The notes under the pieces: model-generated
The model's database searches: none
What the model saw: only the letters and a program-made list of their open reading frames with translations
Told to the model about the DNA's origin: nothing
Source of the DNA: an uncultured Gammaproteobacteria bacterium
GTDB taxonomy: Bacteria > Patescibacteriota > Patescibacteriia > UBA9570 > XYC2-FULL-38-9
Assembly: GCA_964344485.1 (NCBI GenBank)
Contig: CAYFNF010000005.1
Span: 23,455 to 87,454, forward strand
DNA: 64,000 nt
Reading direction: 5' to 3'
Position numbers and translations under genes: made by a program
In this document: positions 44,647 to 55,181 of the stretch, one piece after another
How positions within the stretch are numbered: position 1 is the stretch's first letter
Layout of the letters: each line of letters opens with the position of its first letter

Positions 44647-45201
44647 ATGAGACTCTTACTGCTCATCGCAAGCATGATGCTCGTGGGGTGCCCCAAGCAA
44701 GCGCCCCAAGGACCGCTCCCCGGGGAGCACATGCCACGCGTACACGCGGAACCCGGCCCCACAGCCGGCGACTGCACGTCCGTGGTCACCTTCGAGTGGA
44801 CCGGACACCCGGACTACGACACGCTCTACGTGCTCATCAAGCTCGAGGGGCAGTACTTCGGTGTCGGGGCTCGCCTCGAGGAGCCGGACGTGACGTACGC
44901 GGCGTGCGTGGACTACCCGCTCAAGTGGCTCGGTGTCATCCAGTTCTACACCAACCCCCTGCCACCGGGCGTGAACATGAACCCGGACCCGCAGTGGGAC
45001 ACCATCCCGTGGTCCTACTACGGCTGGGAGCCGGCCACGTTCAAGCTGCCCTCGACTACGGTCTGGAAGCGTGAGAGGGGCGCCAGCGGCCACACTTCGG
45101 CCATGGTCAAGACCGAGGTCCCGGTCGGGCTGGTCATCCGCTTCTACCCCGGAGCGGAGCAACTCTCAACACGGCCCGGAATCCTCTACATGGAATTCTA
45201 G
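44647..45201 (+). CDS. Islet H: lipoprotein (184 aa, GC-rich)
   Basis: GAGGAGGA RBS 5 nt before the ATG. MRLLLLIASMMLVGC lipobox. The alternative-frame ORFs are shadows. Confidence 0.55.
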   Translation: MRLLLLIASMMLVGCPKQAPQGPLPGEHMPRVHAEPGPTAGDCTSVVTFEWTGHPDYDTLYVLIKLEGQYFGVGARLEEPDVTYAACVDYPLKWLGVIQFYTNPLPPGVNMNPDPQWDTIPWSYYGWEPATFKLPSTTVWKRERGASGHTSAMVKTEVPVGLVIRFYPGAEQLSTRPGILYMEF

Positions 45202-45233
45202 GCTCCAGCGCGAGACATCAGCTTTTTTTTATT

Positions 45234-46268
45234 CTAGTATTTCTTTTTTATCTTTACTCCTTGATAGTAGTATCTGAGAATTCTCTTCCAGCTCCAGTCT
45301 TTCTCTTCAGCAAAGTATCGTGCCCCTTCAGCGCTCATACCCACTCCATGCCCACGCAACGATAATCCATCACATCCAGGGTCTTCCACTGATTGCGCCC
45401 AATCATACTCACCATTCCACACCTCTGACCAGGCTCGCGTTCTTCCATCAGACTGCGAGAAGTACGGTGCTATGATCGGACTCCCCTTATGGAAAATAAT
45501 CATGTTCTTGGTTTTTTTCTGTGCTTTCGCGATATTTGGTGCGCGAGATGTGAATGCAGCACCTTTGTACACTTGGTCATTCGCAGTCGCATTTAAAATA
45601 TACGGTTCGTCCGCGTGCTTTGTTGGGTGGGTGATATGAAAATACGCATACGTTCGAGCTGCAGTCATCAATGCTTTCAAATACGCCATGTCGTTATTGT
45701 TGGTTGCTTCGGCAATACCTCGAACATACTTCTCTATACCAAGCTCATTTACTAATATTGCTTTGCCTGAATTGTCAGAATAGACGAGCTCCACACTACC
45801 GAAGAATACATTATCATTCAGCTCTTGGTTCCACGCGGGTCGGTTCTCAAAGTTCTCTACAGTAATCTTCTTCTTATACTTCACGGGCGTTGCTCGCAAA
45901 GGGCGTTTCGCTGTTTTCTTTTTGCCGTTATACGTAGTGATGTACTTTCCATTCTTATACTTGATAGTCGCCTGCTCGCCTTTTGAAACAGTAAAGAAGA
46001 CTTTGCCGTTGTCATTTTCAATAACAAACTTCCCGTTTGCTGTGAATGTGGTTGGGGATAGAGCATCTCCGAGAAGCACTCGCATCACCGGGTTCTTTGG
46101 ACGATGAACAGAAGGATGCGCATCATCTGAGCGCGTCATGGTAGATGCAGTAGCTGGAACGCTGAATGCAATGAAGGCGTATAAACAAAAAACGCCCAGA
46201 ATAATCCTGTAGCGCAATGATCTGCGAGTGAAAAAAAGCGTATGCTGCTCCTCTTGTGTAATCCTCAT
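45234..46268 (-). CDS. SpoIID/LytB-domain protein
   Basis: Signal/TM N-terminus. SpoIID-like core (YLKALMTAARTYAYFHI ... YFSQSDGRTRAWSEVW). Confidence 0.7.
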   Translation of the reverse strand: MRITQEEQHTLFFTRRSLRYRIILGVFCLYAFIAFSVPATASTMTRSDDAHPSVHRPKNPVMRVLLGDALSPTTFTANGKFVIENDNGKVFFTVSKGEQATIKYKNGKYITTYNGKKKTAKRPLRATPVKYKKKITVENFENRPAWNQELNDNVFFGSVELVYSDNSGKAILVNELGIEKYVRGIAEATNNNDMAYLKALMTAARTYAYFHITHPTKHADEPYILNATANDQVYKGAAFTSRAPNIAKAQKKTKNMIIFHKGSPIIAPYFSQSDGRTRAWSEVWNGEYDWAQSVEDPGCDGLSLRGHGVGMSAEGARYFAEEKDWSWKRILRYYYQGVKIKKKY

Positions 46269-46346
46269 GCTATTTGAATGTATTTACTTAATTTTAGCAA
46301 AAAAAGAGCGGTTTGGCAACCGCAATATCATTTGCTTTTCTACTCT

Positions 46347-46709
46347 TTATTCAGTGCTATTTCCCCAAGTCGTTATATCGTGAAAATCACTAAGCTTGTC
46401 ATAGGTCCTCAAATCCGGAGGAAGGTTATCAGCTAACGGCGTCTCGCTTTCACCTTGATCTCCAAGGTGCGGTCCATCACTAGAAGATCCGCCACCTGCA
46501 TTGCCAGAACCGCCAGCTCGCCACCCCAGTGCACCAGCACCGATTGAGATCCCAATAGCAATAATGGTTGCAGTACACTCGTTAAACACTACATTCGAAT
46601 GTGATTCTGAACATGCGTCCCAAATCTTTGACCCATAATTCATATACAACGACGGGCACGCTTGTACTACACTCATATAGATCTCCTGTATTGCTGATAG
46701 ATCAATCAT
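46347..46709 (-). CDS. Hypothetical protein (120 aa)
   Basis: ORF immediately downstream of the polytopic membrane protein and overlapping it. Gly-rich centre. Confidence 0.4.
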   Translation of the reverse strand: MIDLSAIQEIYMSVVQACPSLYMNYGSKIWDACSESHSNVVFNECTATIIAIGISIGAGALGWRAGGSGNAGGGSSSDGPHLGDQGESETPLADNLPPDLRTYDKLSDFHDITTWGNSTE

Positions 46710-47730
46710 TGGTTTGCTGATTAGGTTGCTTACTCTTACTTGTGCAACACTGCTGCAACGCAGCTTGGTTTACCGCTCGGATATAGCGGTTCACATTTCC
46801 TAGAACTGTGATAGACTCCCATTTCTTTTCTTTTACTCCCTGCAAAAAGAATCTTAAGCCGCTGTGAACATTCTTTTTAATATGCGGATACTGCTTTGCG
46901 AGTTTCATGTGCAGGATGAGGTCTAGTGTCACTGCAGCGATAATCATGAGCAAGCAGATATACGGCGTGATCTGTCCGCCACCGAGAATCGCCCATCGAT
47001 CTGATCCGTTTGCAAAAAATCCATTTACGAATGCATGCTCTAGCGTCACCCATGCAAAGACCACTGCAGGAACCAGCCACCACACTGCGTGCATTGCCGT
47101 CTTCTTTTTCTTTATCAGTAACCCAGCACCGATTGCCATACCAACCATTGCAGTTGCTGCTGCATGTCCCACATATCCGAATTCATCTCCATCAACATAT
47201 ATGCCGAGCGCGTCTGGGAAAAAGTACCAATCTCCGATGTGCGGACCGTAGGTAAACGGGAACCGAACGCCTTGCCAAAACACTTTTTCCATCATACTAA
47301 ACGCTGCGCCTGATAGAGTCGACAACCACAGCCAGTCAGAGAGGTTCAAGCACATTGCGTGCCGCTTGTACAATATATATGCTGCGAGAATGACTGGCAC
47401 TATCTTTAACACCTCTTCGACTGGGCCGATAACAAAGCCGCTCATAAATGCGTTGTCCATAGGAATTTGAACAATGCGCAACAAAGTAAAGAGTAAGGCA
47501 GTGCCACCAACGGCAATCGCTATACTAGAGACATACACTAACGCTCCGCGAGATGCAGCAGTACTTCTGGTGAGCAGTGTGACAACAAATACCTCAACAA
47601 CAAAGAGTGCTTCTACCCAAAAAAAATGACGGCCGTAATACCACGTGATCAGTAACACAAACAATACGATGCCGCAAATAATAAACCGTGTGACCGGTTT
47701 CAATGATTCGATTGTGGCGGTGTTCTTCAT
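46702..47730 (-). CDS. Polytopic membrane protein, possible PrsW-family intramembrane protease
   Basis: About 8 TM. PVEEVLKIVPV (EExxK-like) and GHAAATAM motifs resemble PrsW. Assignment is tentative. Confidence 0.45.
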   Translation of the reverse strand: MKNTATIESLKPVTRFIICGIVLFVLLITWYYGRHFFWVEALFVVEVFVVTLLTRSTAASRGALVYVSSIAIAVGGTALLFTLLRIVQIPMDNAFMSGFVIGPVEEVLKIVPVILAAYILYKRHAMCLNLSDWLWLSTLSGAAFSMMEKVFWQGVRFPFTYGPHIGDWYFFPDALGIYVDGDEFGYVGHAAATAMVGMAIGAGLLIKKKKTAMHAVWWLVPAVVFAWVTLEHAFVNGFFANGSDRWAILGGGQITPYICLLMIIAAVTLDLILHMKLAKQYPHIKKNVHSGLRFFLQGVKEKKWESITVLGNVNRYIRAVNQAALQQCCTSKSKQPNQQTND

Positions 47731-47828
47731 TCTGTCTCTATCATTCTATCATAATCTAGACGGTTTTTCAATTCAGAGATCGATTGACTTAATCACTGAC
47801 AAATGGTACGATCACTCCGATTTTCCCT

Positions 47829-49349
47829 ATGTCTTTAAGCAGAAAAATCGCAAAAAATACCGCAATTCAAGTGGGCGGAAAACTCATTGGAACCGTCCTC
47901 TCTTTAATTGCAGCTGGAATGATCTTTCGGCATCTTGGTACGTACGGTACAGGTCAGTACACGCTGATCTTATCGTTCTTGCAGGTCTTCGGCATTCTCA
48001 TGGATTTTGGACTGTATATTACTTTAGTGAAGAAAATAGCAGTACTGAACGAGCAATCCATGCGCATAGCAAATAATATCTTCACTTTGCGCGTGGTCTC
48101 TGGCATCTTCTTCCTTGGACTCGCGCCGGTTATAGCATGGATCATCGGATTCTATAATGGAAGCTACTCTACTGAAGTGTTGCATGGGGTTATTCTTACT
48201 ACGCTGTTCTTTTTCTTCATCTCTCTCAATCAATTGCTATCAGCGATATTTCAGAAATTCCTTAGAACTGACTGGATTGCGCTTGCTGAATTTATCGGTA
48301 AATCAGTACTGCTCATCGCGACATTGATCGTCGTGTTCATGAATGCAGGGTTGATCTGGGTGATGCTTACGCTCGTGGTTTCCAGTGGAGCAAACTTCTT
48401 AACGAACTTCATTGCGTCACGTAGATATGTCAAGCTCCGTCTTGCGCTGAACTGGGATGTTTGTAGAAGCATTATTGTAGAGACCTGGCCAATTGCGATC
48501 TCTATTGGATTCACATTACTCTACTTCAAAGGTGATGTGGTGATTCTGTCTTTCTTTGAAGGGGAAAGTATGATTGGTTTTTACGGAGCGCCGTATAAAA
48601 TACTCGAGGTCTTGGTGACATTCCCTGCCATGTTTACAGGGCTGGTTCTTCCGGTAATTACTGCAGCATGGCAAAAAGGTGATGTACAGCGCTTCCAAAA
48701 AATACTACAGAAATCATTTGATGCATTGATACTGATCGCTGTTCCAATGATCGCGGGGACGCTTATCCTGGCGCCGAGTATTATTCAGCTAATCGCTGGA
48801 TCTGACTTTACTGCTTCTGAGCCGATTTTACGTATATTGATTATCGCGACTGCTGCTATCTACATTGGAACACTGTTTGGATATCTGATTGTATCGTTGA
48901 ATAAACAGAAGGCGATGTTGTATGGCTATGGCTTTGTAGCGATCACTGCGTTAGTGCTCTACTTCTTTGCGATCCCTCGGTTCTCTATATTTGGAGCTGC
49001 TTGGGTAACGGTCTACTCAGAAGTTGCGGTGCTATTTATTGCCATGTGGATCGTTCTGCGCACCTCCAAAATACTTCTTCGATTGAGTATTCTCATTAAA
49101 TCAGTAGTCGCAGCTGCGCTCATGGCAGCAGTACTCTATGGACTGACGCTTGTATTCACGCAAACAGCGGCTATTAACAATATATTTGCCACGCTTCATG
49201 AAAAGAGCGACGCGCTGGATGCAGCAGTTGAACTACTTATTATGGTTCCTGTTGGTGCTGTGTTCTATGCCGGACTACTCTTTGCAATGAAAGCTGTAAA
49301 GAAAGATGATGTGCTTGAATTAATCCGCTTACGACAAGGCAATGAGTAA
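47829..49349 (+). CDS. Polysaccharide flippase (Wzx / MOP superfamily)
   Basis: 506 aa, about 14 TM, N-terminal KIAKNTAIQVGGKLIGTVLSL typical of Wzx-like exporters. Confidence 0.8.
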   Translation: MSLSRKIAKNTAIQVGGKLIGTVLSLIAAGMIFRHLGTYGTGQYTLILSFLQVFGILMDFGLYITLVKKIAVLNEQSMRIANNIFTLRVVSGIFFLGLAPVIAWIIGFYNGSYSTEVLHGVILTTLFFFFISLNQLLSAIFQKFLRTDWIALAEFIGKSVLLIATLIVVFMNAGLIWVMLTLVVSSGANFLTNFIASRRYVKLRLALNWDVCRSIIVETWPIAISIGFTLLYFKGDVVILSFFEGESMIGFYGAPYKILEVLVTFPAMFTGLVLPVITAAWQKGDVQRFQKILQKSFDALILIAVPMIAGTLILAPSIIQLIAGSDFTASEPILRILIIATAAIYIGTLFGYLIVSLNKQKAMLYGYGFVAITALVLYFFAIPRFSIFGAAWVTVYSEVAVLFIAMWIVLRTSKILLRLSILIKSVVAAALMAAVLYGLTLVFTQTAAINNIFATLHEKSDALDAAVELLIMVPVGAVFYAGLLFAMKAVKKDDVLELIRLRQGNE

Positions 49350-50412
49350 CTCTGTACGTATTGGAGTTGATATGGCAGCAACTGCTGGCCAGAAAAGTGG
49401 CTTGGGTTTTTATGTACAGAACATGGTGGAGTCGATCAAGAAACAGTCAGGGGAGCATGAAATAATTGAGATCTCCACTATCCAAAAGAATCTTCGAACT
49501 CCACAGCGCATCCTTTGGGACAGTATTGGTCTACCAGCTACTGCCATGAAAAAGGGTATTGATCTGCTGTATATCCCCGCGTTCTCTGCTCCTCGTTTCC
49601 GTAAACCGATTGTCATGACCGCGCATGATATCTTCGGCATCATTCACCCAGATCACTTTGCCGGCCCTGCAAAGTACTATTGGTCACATATCTTACCGAA
49701 ATCTATGAAACGCGCTGATCATTTAATCTGTATTTCAGACTATACCAAGCAGAGTATACTCAGTAATCTCGATATCTCGGAGTCACGCATGACCGTTATT
49801 CACCCTGCAGCGTCAGATGTCTTCCATGTTATGGATGATATGGATAAAGTAAAAAAGAATATAGATGAGCTCGGAGTGCGCACACCATTTATTCTCAGTG
49901 TCGGCACACTTGAGCCGCGTAAAAACTTTAGTAAACTCATTGAGGCGTTTGTTTTCGCCCAGCGACAGGATGTGAAGTTAGTGCTGGTTGGTAAAAAAGG
50001 GTGGAACTATGAAAATATCTATGACACCATTCGCAAATACCAGTTGCAGGAGTCTATTCTTATACTCGATTACGTGAATCAAGAGCAGTTGGTCTCGCTG
50101 TATAACGCCTGCTTATTTTTCGTCATGCCGTCGATATTCGAAGGGTTTGGGCTACCAGCACTAGAAGCTATGAAGTGCGGAGCGCCGGTTGCTGTGGCAC
50201 AAAACTCGTCTCTTCCTGAAGTTGTGGGTACTGCTGGTGTGCTATTTGACCCGCACGATGTTGACTCTATTCGCGAGCGACTCGACCTCTTGCTTACCGA
50301 CTCGGAATTCCGATCCGAATTACAAGAAAAGTCATTAAAACAAGCAAAGAAATTCTCTTGGGATACGTCAGCTGCTGCTGCATTAAAAATATTTCATTCA
50401 GTGTTGTCATAA
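49342..50412 (+). CDS. Glycosyltransferase family 4
   Basis: EGFGLPALEAMKCGAPV (EX7E motif), GT-B fold. Confidence 0.85.
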   Translation: MSNSVRIGVDMAATAGQKSGLGFYVQNMVESIKKQSGEHEIIEISTIQKNLRTPQRILWDSIGLPATAMKKGIDLLYIPAFSAPRFRKPIVMTAHDIFGIIHPDHFAGPAKYYWSHILPKSMKRADHLICISDYTKQSILSNLDISESRMTVIHPAASDVFHVMDDMDKVKKNIDELGVRTPFILSVGTLEPRKNFSKLIEAFVFAQRQDVKLVLVGKKGWNYENIYDTIRKYQLQESILILDYVNQEQLVSLYNACLFFVMPSIFEGFGLPALEAMKCGAPVAVAQNSSLPEVVGTAGVLFDPHDVDSIRERLDLLLTDSEFRSELQEKSLKQAKKFSWDTSAAAALKIFHSVLS

Positions 50413-50417
50413 CACCC

Positions 50418-51857
50418 ATGGCCGTACTCTCTCATCCAACAATCAAGAAAGCTCTGTCGTTCTGTCGCGTACACACACTACTCACTCTCATTGCACTGGG
50501 AGGCTTAATTGTCTTACTGGGATTTGCGAGCAATCGTTTCTCTTGGGTAATGCTCTTTGGAGTGATCGGAGCGATAGGCCTTGCGTTTATTGTATTAAAA
50601 AATCCATGGCATGGAATTTTATTATTAGCATTTTTTATCCCGTTTGAGCGTTTAGGATCATACGACATTGCTGGTGCGACTGTACGCCCATCACAGGTCA
50701 CTGCGTTGTTAACGCTCATCTCATTCATCATGTTCTATTTAGGTCGGAAGAAATTTCCTGTACCGCGATTCCCGATCATATGGCCTCTAGCGATATTTGC
50801 TGTGGTGGGATTCATCGGTCTATTGAATGCACCACAATTAGAACGCTCGGTTATGGTGTTGGCGTTTCAACTGTTTACGTTCTCAATCGCATTTTTATTA
50901 CCATTGGCAATTGTAAAAAAGGAACAATTAAAGCAGTTGTTTCCGTTCTTCTTTGTGTCTATGTTGTTGGTCACGTTGTTTGGCTTATTTCAATTCGCTG
51001 GAGATCTTATCGGACTGCCTCCGGAAATCACCGGATTACGGGAGCTCTATACCAAAGACGTGCTCGGATTCCCGCGCATTCAATCCACTGCACTGGAACC
51101 GCTCTATTTTGCAAACTACCTGCTCATTCCTCTAGGAATTCTGTTCTCCATGTTCTTTGCACGCGACCGTTCACTTCACCCGTTGTTTACTATTGGACTT
51201 ATTGGATTGGGTGTGGTTAACCTGCTTCTGACTGTTGCTCGAGGAGGATACATCGCATTTGCCGTCTGTATACTTGTTTTAGTGATCGCATACGTTACAA
51301 AACTCTTCACATGGAGAAATATCTTCTACGCGTTAACATCTCTTGTTATTGTCGGGATCGTGCTTTCGCAAGTGGTGAGTTTTGATGAAGCGTATACGCA
51401 GTTCGTTGGACATGTGGGAAATATATTTGAAGGCGCTTCCTATAACGAGCGTGTAGAGATGTTTGAAAAATCTATAGATGCATGGCGAGAGCATCCGATC
51501 GTTGGTATCGGCTCGGGTAGTTTTGGCCCTTACGAAAGCCATCACCCCTATATGATCCCAGACCACGGATGGCGCATTGTCAATAATGAGTATCTGGAAC
51601 TGCTGGCAGAGAATGGTGTCATTGGTTTTGGTGCCATGGTCAGTGTCTTCCTGATTGTAGTTGTTCGTTCTATTAAAGCGCTCATAAAAACAAAAGACCT
51701 CTACCTGCGTACGATTCTACTCGGTTTGTTTGCTGCGTTCATCGGAATACTCGTACAGTACAATACGTTCTCGATTCTCTATATTGTTCATATCTGGTTT
51801 GCTATTGGACTGTTGATTGCTATCCAAAACATGATTCTTCATCCTAAAAAACAATGA
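50418..51857 (+). CDS. O-antigen ligase / polymerase-like membrane protein (Wzy_C domain)
   Basis: Polytopic, with a large periplasmic loop (GIGSGSFGPYESHHPYMIPDHGWRIVNNEYLELLAENG), as in the WaaL/Wzy family. Start set at the internal Met after the GT4 stop. Confidence 0.7.
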   Translation: MAVLSHPTIKKALSFCRVHTLLTLIALGGLIVLLGFASNRFSWVMLFGVIGAIGLAFIVLKNPWHGILLLAFFIPFERLGSYDIAGATVRPSQVTALLTLISFIMFYLGRKKFPVPRFPIIWPLAIFAVVGFIGLLNAPQLERSVMVLAFQLFTFSIAFLLPLAIVKKEQLKQLFPFFFVSMLLVTLFGLFQFAGDLIGLPPEITGLRELYTKDVLGFPRIQSTALEPLYFANYLLIPLGILFSMFFARDRSLHPLFTIGLIGLGVVNLLLTVARGGYIAFAVCILVLVIAYVTKLFTWRNIFYALTSLVIVGIVLSQVVSFDEAYTQFVGHVGNIFEGASYNERVEMFEKSIDAWREHPIVGIGSGSFGPYESHHPYMIPDHGWRIVNNEYLELLAENGVIGFGAMVSVFLIVVVRSIKALIKTKDLYLRTILLGLFAAFIGILVQYNTFSILYIVHIWFAIGLLIAIQNMILHPKKQ

Positions 51858-53167
51858 GCCTGATCATCTCACTTATTGCAGCTGTTGTCCTTGCAGTGAT
51901 TGCATGGCGAGATCGGACCTGGGGTATTGCGCTAGTGCTGTTTGCTCTGCCAACATACTTGGTGCGTTTTTCTGTACTTGGCATCCCTGTAACAATGCTT
52001 GAGTTGCTGATACTCACTCTATTTGTTGTATACATTGCCTCTCGCGCTACTCGCTCGGAAACAAAGAAGCGTCTTCGCGCTACACGTTCCCTCGCGAGCA
52101 CCGCTGCGGCAACCTACAATCGATACAGATTCGAAATATGGGGAGCTCTAGTGCTGGTTGTTGCGGGAATCATCAGTTTGATTATCACTCCTGACCTCCG
52201 AGCAGGCGCAGGAGTCTTTAAAGCGTATATATTAGAACCGATACTGCTGTTCATCGTCATTCTTGGATCTATTTCAACTACAAAACAAGTGCGACAGCTC
52301 TTTTGGGCGTTAGGATTATCTGCAGTAGTGATTTCGCTGATCGTTGCAGTCCAATATTTCACTGGATGGGGCATCCCAGAACCTTGGCATGACTTCCCGG
52401 GTCGGCGAGCTGTTGGTCTGTACGGTTTTCCGAATGCAGTAGGGCTGTATATTGCACCGATCCTTACTGCGTTCATCGGATTGCTACTACATGTACGGTT
52501 CTTCACGCGAAAAAACGTACTTTGGATCTTAATGATCATTCTGTTGATGGGTTTTTCCCTGATCGCATCGCAAGTTGAAGGTGCTATCATTGCTGCGGCT
52601 GCTGGAGTAGGTGTGATGTTACTGTTCACCCGCTGGAGATGGTGGGCAATTGGAGCAGCAGTGCTTGGTGGGGTTATTGCCTTTGCATATGAACCGAGCA
52701 GAGAGCTACTACTGTTCCAAGATGTCTCCGGAGATGTGCGTCTAGCACTTTGGCATGGCACGTGGAGCTTGCTTTCAGACCGCCCATGGTTCGGAGCAGG
52801 GCTTGGAGCCTTCCCGATTGTGTATGACATCTATCGACTGCCTTCACACGTTGAACTGCTACAGTACCCACATAATCTATTCTTAAACTTCTGGGTAGAG
52901 CTCGGCATTCTGGGCTTGCTCTGGATTGTAGGTACGTGCGTGCTGTTTATCACCACTGCAATCAAAACAATCTCGCGTTCGCACGGTTACTCTATCGTGC
53001 TACTAGGAATTCTGACCTGTCTTCTGGTCTACGGTATAGTGGATGTTCCGTATTTCAAGAACGACCTCTCGGTACTGTTCTGGTTCTGGCTTGCATTGCT
53101 CTCTCTCTTCGCGCACAAAAAAATCACCTCTCCTTCGGACACTTCAAAGCTTGCTACGAAAAAATAG
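51854..53167 (+). CDS. O-antigen ligase-like membrane protein, second paralog
   Basis: Polytopic, with a Wzy_C-like loop (WHGTWSLLSDRPWFGAGLGAFP ... YPHNLFLNFWVELG). Confidence 0.7.
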   Translation: MSLIISLIAAVVLAVIAWRDRTWGIALVLFALPTYLVRFSVLGIPVTMLELLILTLFVVYIASRATRSETKKRLRATRSLASTAAATYNRYRFEIWGALVLVVAGIISLIITPDLRAGAGVFKAYILEPILLFIVILGSISTTKQVRQLFWALGLSAVVISLIVAVQYFTGWGIPEPWHDFPGRRAVGLYGFPNAVGLYIAPILTAFIGLLLHVRFFTRKNVLWILMIILLMGFSLIASQVEGAIIAAAAGVGVMLLFTRWRWWAIGAAVLGGVIAFAYEPSRELLLFQDVSGDVRLALWHGTWSLLSDRPWFGAGLGAFPIVYDIYRLPSHVELLQYPHNLFLNFWVELGILGLLWIVGTCVLFITTAIKTISRSHGYSIVLLGILTCLLVYGIVDVPYFKNDLSVLFWFWLALLSLFAHKKITSPSDTSKLATKK

Positions 53168-53251
53168 GCTGTACACAAAATGTACTCAATAGGGGTCGAC
53201 AAACGGCCGTTTTTAGGATATAATTACTAAACCAAAACAAAAACAAAATGT

Positions 53252-55165
53252 GTGCTCATGCGTAAGAGAAGCCTTGATAAAGATCTACTATTTGCGCTGT
53301 TAACTTTGATAGTAACCGCAGCGTTCTGTGGTGTTGCAACTGTTGAGACGCAAGCAACGAGCACTGAAATTGCCTCAAAAACTATTACTATTGATTCATT
53401 CCGATCCGATTCTCCATCGGGTTTTTCTATACAATCAAATGTCGCACAGGACGTCTTCTCAATCCCGGACGGACAGCAAAGCGCTTCGTTTGAATCAGAT
53501 CTGTATTCACCAGATTTTGAGCTCAACTCCATCGGTGTGACATGGAACGGCGTGATGCAACAGGAGCAAGATGTGGAGATGAAGGTACATATCAACACGC
53601 CTGATAGCACTATGACACGAGTACTACCTCACCTCAGTGATGATATTAAAGAGCCGTTGCCAGCAAACACGCATGCAACAAATCCAATTATCGTAACAGA
53701 TGTCTCTTCTTTTTCACTAGAAGTGAACTTGCATCGGTCTGCAGATGGCTCCAGCCCTACAATCGAGTCTCTAGAGTTAGTATATTTTGATACCACTCAA
53801 GATGTGCAACTTCGACAAACTACAAATCGATCCATAACCGGCGGCTCCTCTTCACAATTGGATATTGTCACACGAACACAATGGGGAGCAGATGAAAGCT
53901 TACGCTTTAATTCAAAAGGTAACGCAATTTGGCCAGCTGAGTATGTTGACCCAGAGATCTTTATTCTGCATCATACTGCGGGCACAGACGGAGGGGATGA
54001 CCCAGCAGCAACAATCCGTTCAATTTACTATTGGCATGCAGTAGTGCTCGGATGGGGAGATATTGGATATAACTATCTCATAGATCCGACAGGAACTATT
54101 TACAAAGGAAGAAAAGGGAAAGATGGAGTGATTGGTGGACATACGTTCAATGAATCTGAGAGCATAGACCTCAACGTGGGTAGTGTAGGTATCGCATTTC
54201 TTGGCTGCTTTGAAGAGGCTGACGGTGCCTGCTATTCGCAGTACGATGTCACTCCCGAGATGAAATCAGCACTCACATCGCTCGTGGGTACGAAAGCTGC
54301 TGAATTCGATTTTGATCCAAAGGAATCTACTACATTTCAAGGTTTCTCCACGAAGCGACTAGCCGGACATAAAGATGTAGATTCGACGTTCTGTCCCGGG
54401 AGCTCACTCTATTCGAATATGGGAAAGCTCCGGAAAAAAGCGCAAAAGAAATATCGAAAGATCACTGCACATCCGTGGGAAGGATCCATGAAGTCGCTAG
54501 AGATATCTGGAGAGCGTTCTGACAGCTTAGAAGTGGGTCAGACGTACTCCGTGACAGTATCGTATGAGAACACTGGGCAGTATACATGGCGACAAGGCAA
54601 GACGCGCCTTAAGGTATATAACGGGACGGGCAAGAAGAGAACACCGTTGCGTCACTCTTCATGGAAAGACGTCTTTGGAAAGATTCCGCTGGATCAAGAG
54701 ACAGTTGCGCCGGGTGAAACCGGAACATTTACTTTTTCTATTTCCAATTCAAACAGTGCTGGAACAAAGAATATTGTCACCAAGCTATTCCATGGAAAGA
54801 GTAAAGTACGCTCGTCTAATGCAACGCATGAATTAACATTCAACCAACCATTTGCTGGATCGCTTGTCGACCATACCATCCCAGTTGCTATGTATCATAA
54901 TGATTCTCTAGAAGTAACTGTTACATTTGAGAATACTGGTGAGACTACCTGGAATGAAGCAGTGAAACTACGCGTGAATGGCAAAAAGAAAGGAGCTGTG
55001 CCACAGCCAATAACGTCTGGTGATACAGTATCGTTTACCTTTGATATCCAAACGCCTAGTGAAGATGCCGAGCAACCGTACGTGCACTACTTTGTTGTTC
55101 AATTAAAAAAACACGGGGGCCGCATTCCCGGGACCCGCCGTGTTTTTGCTATGGAAATTCACTAA
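53252..55165 (+). CDS. N-acetylmuramoyl-L-alanine amidase (Amidase_2/PGRP domain) with large N- and C-terminal extra domains
   Basis: ILHHTAG...GWGDIGYNYLIDPTGTIYKGR...AGHKDVDSTFCPG Zn-amidase motifs in the middle. Signal peptide. C-terminal repeated beta-sandwich-like modules. Confidence 0.75.
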   Translation: MLMRKRSLDKDLLFALLTLIVTAAFCGVATVETQATSTEIASKTITIDSFRSDSPSGFSIQSNVAQDVFSIPDGQQSASFESDLYSPDFELNSIGVTWNGVMQQEQDVEMKVHINTPDSTMTRVLPHLSDDIKEPLPANTHATNPIIVTDVSSFSLEVNLHRSADGSSPTIESLELVYFDTTQDVQLRQTTNRSITGGSSSQLDIVTRTQWGADESLRFNSKGNAIWPAEYVDPEIFILHHTAGTDGGDDPAATIRSIYYWHAVVLGWGDIGYNYLIDPTGTIYKGRKGKDGVIGGHTFNESESIDLNVGSVGIAFLGCFEEADGACYSQYDVTPEMKSALTSLVGTKAAEFDFDPKESTTFQGFSTKRLAGHKDVDSTFCPGSSLYSNMGKLRKKAQKKYRKITAHPWEGSMKSLEISGERSDSLEVGQTYSVTVSYENTGQYTWRQGKTRLKVYNGTGKKRTPLRHSSWKDVFGKIPLDQETVAPGETGTFTFSISNSNSAGTKNIVTKLFHGKSKVRSSNATHELTFNQPFAGSLVDHTIPVAMYHNDSLEVTVTFENTGETTWNEAVKLRVNGKKKGAVPQPITSGDTVSFTFDIQTPSEDAEQPYVHYFVVQLKKHGGRIPGTRRVFAMEIH

Positions 55166-55181
55166 GGAGCCTACTCGCGTC

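Noticed and set aside
44607-45277. Alternative ORFs in islet H (44613..45074 +, 44656..45162 -, 45071..45277 +)
   Set aside because: Arg/Gly/Pro-rich shadows. The lipoprotein frame has the RBS and lipobox.
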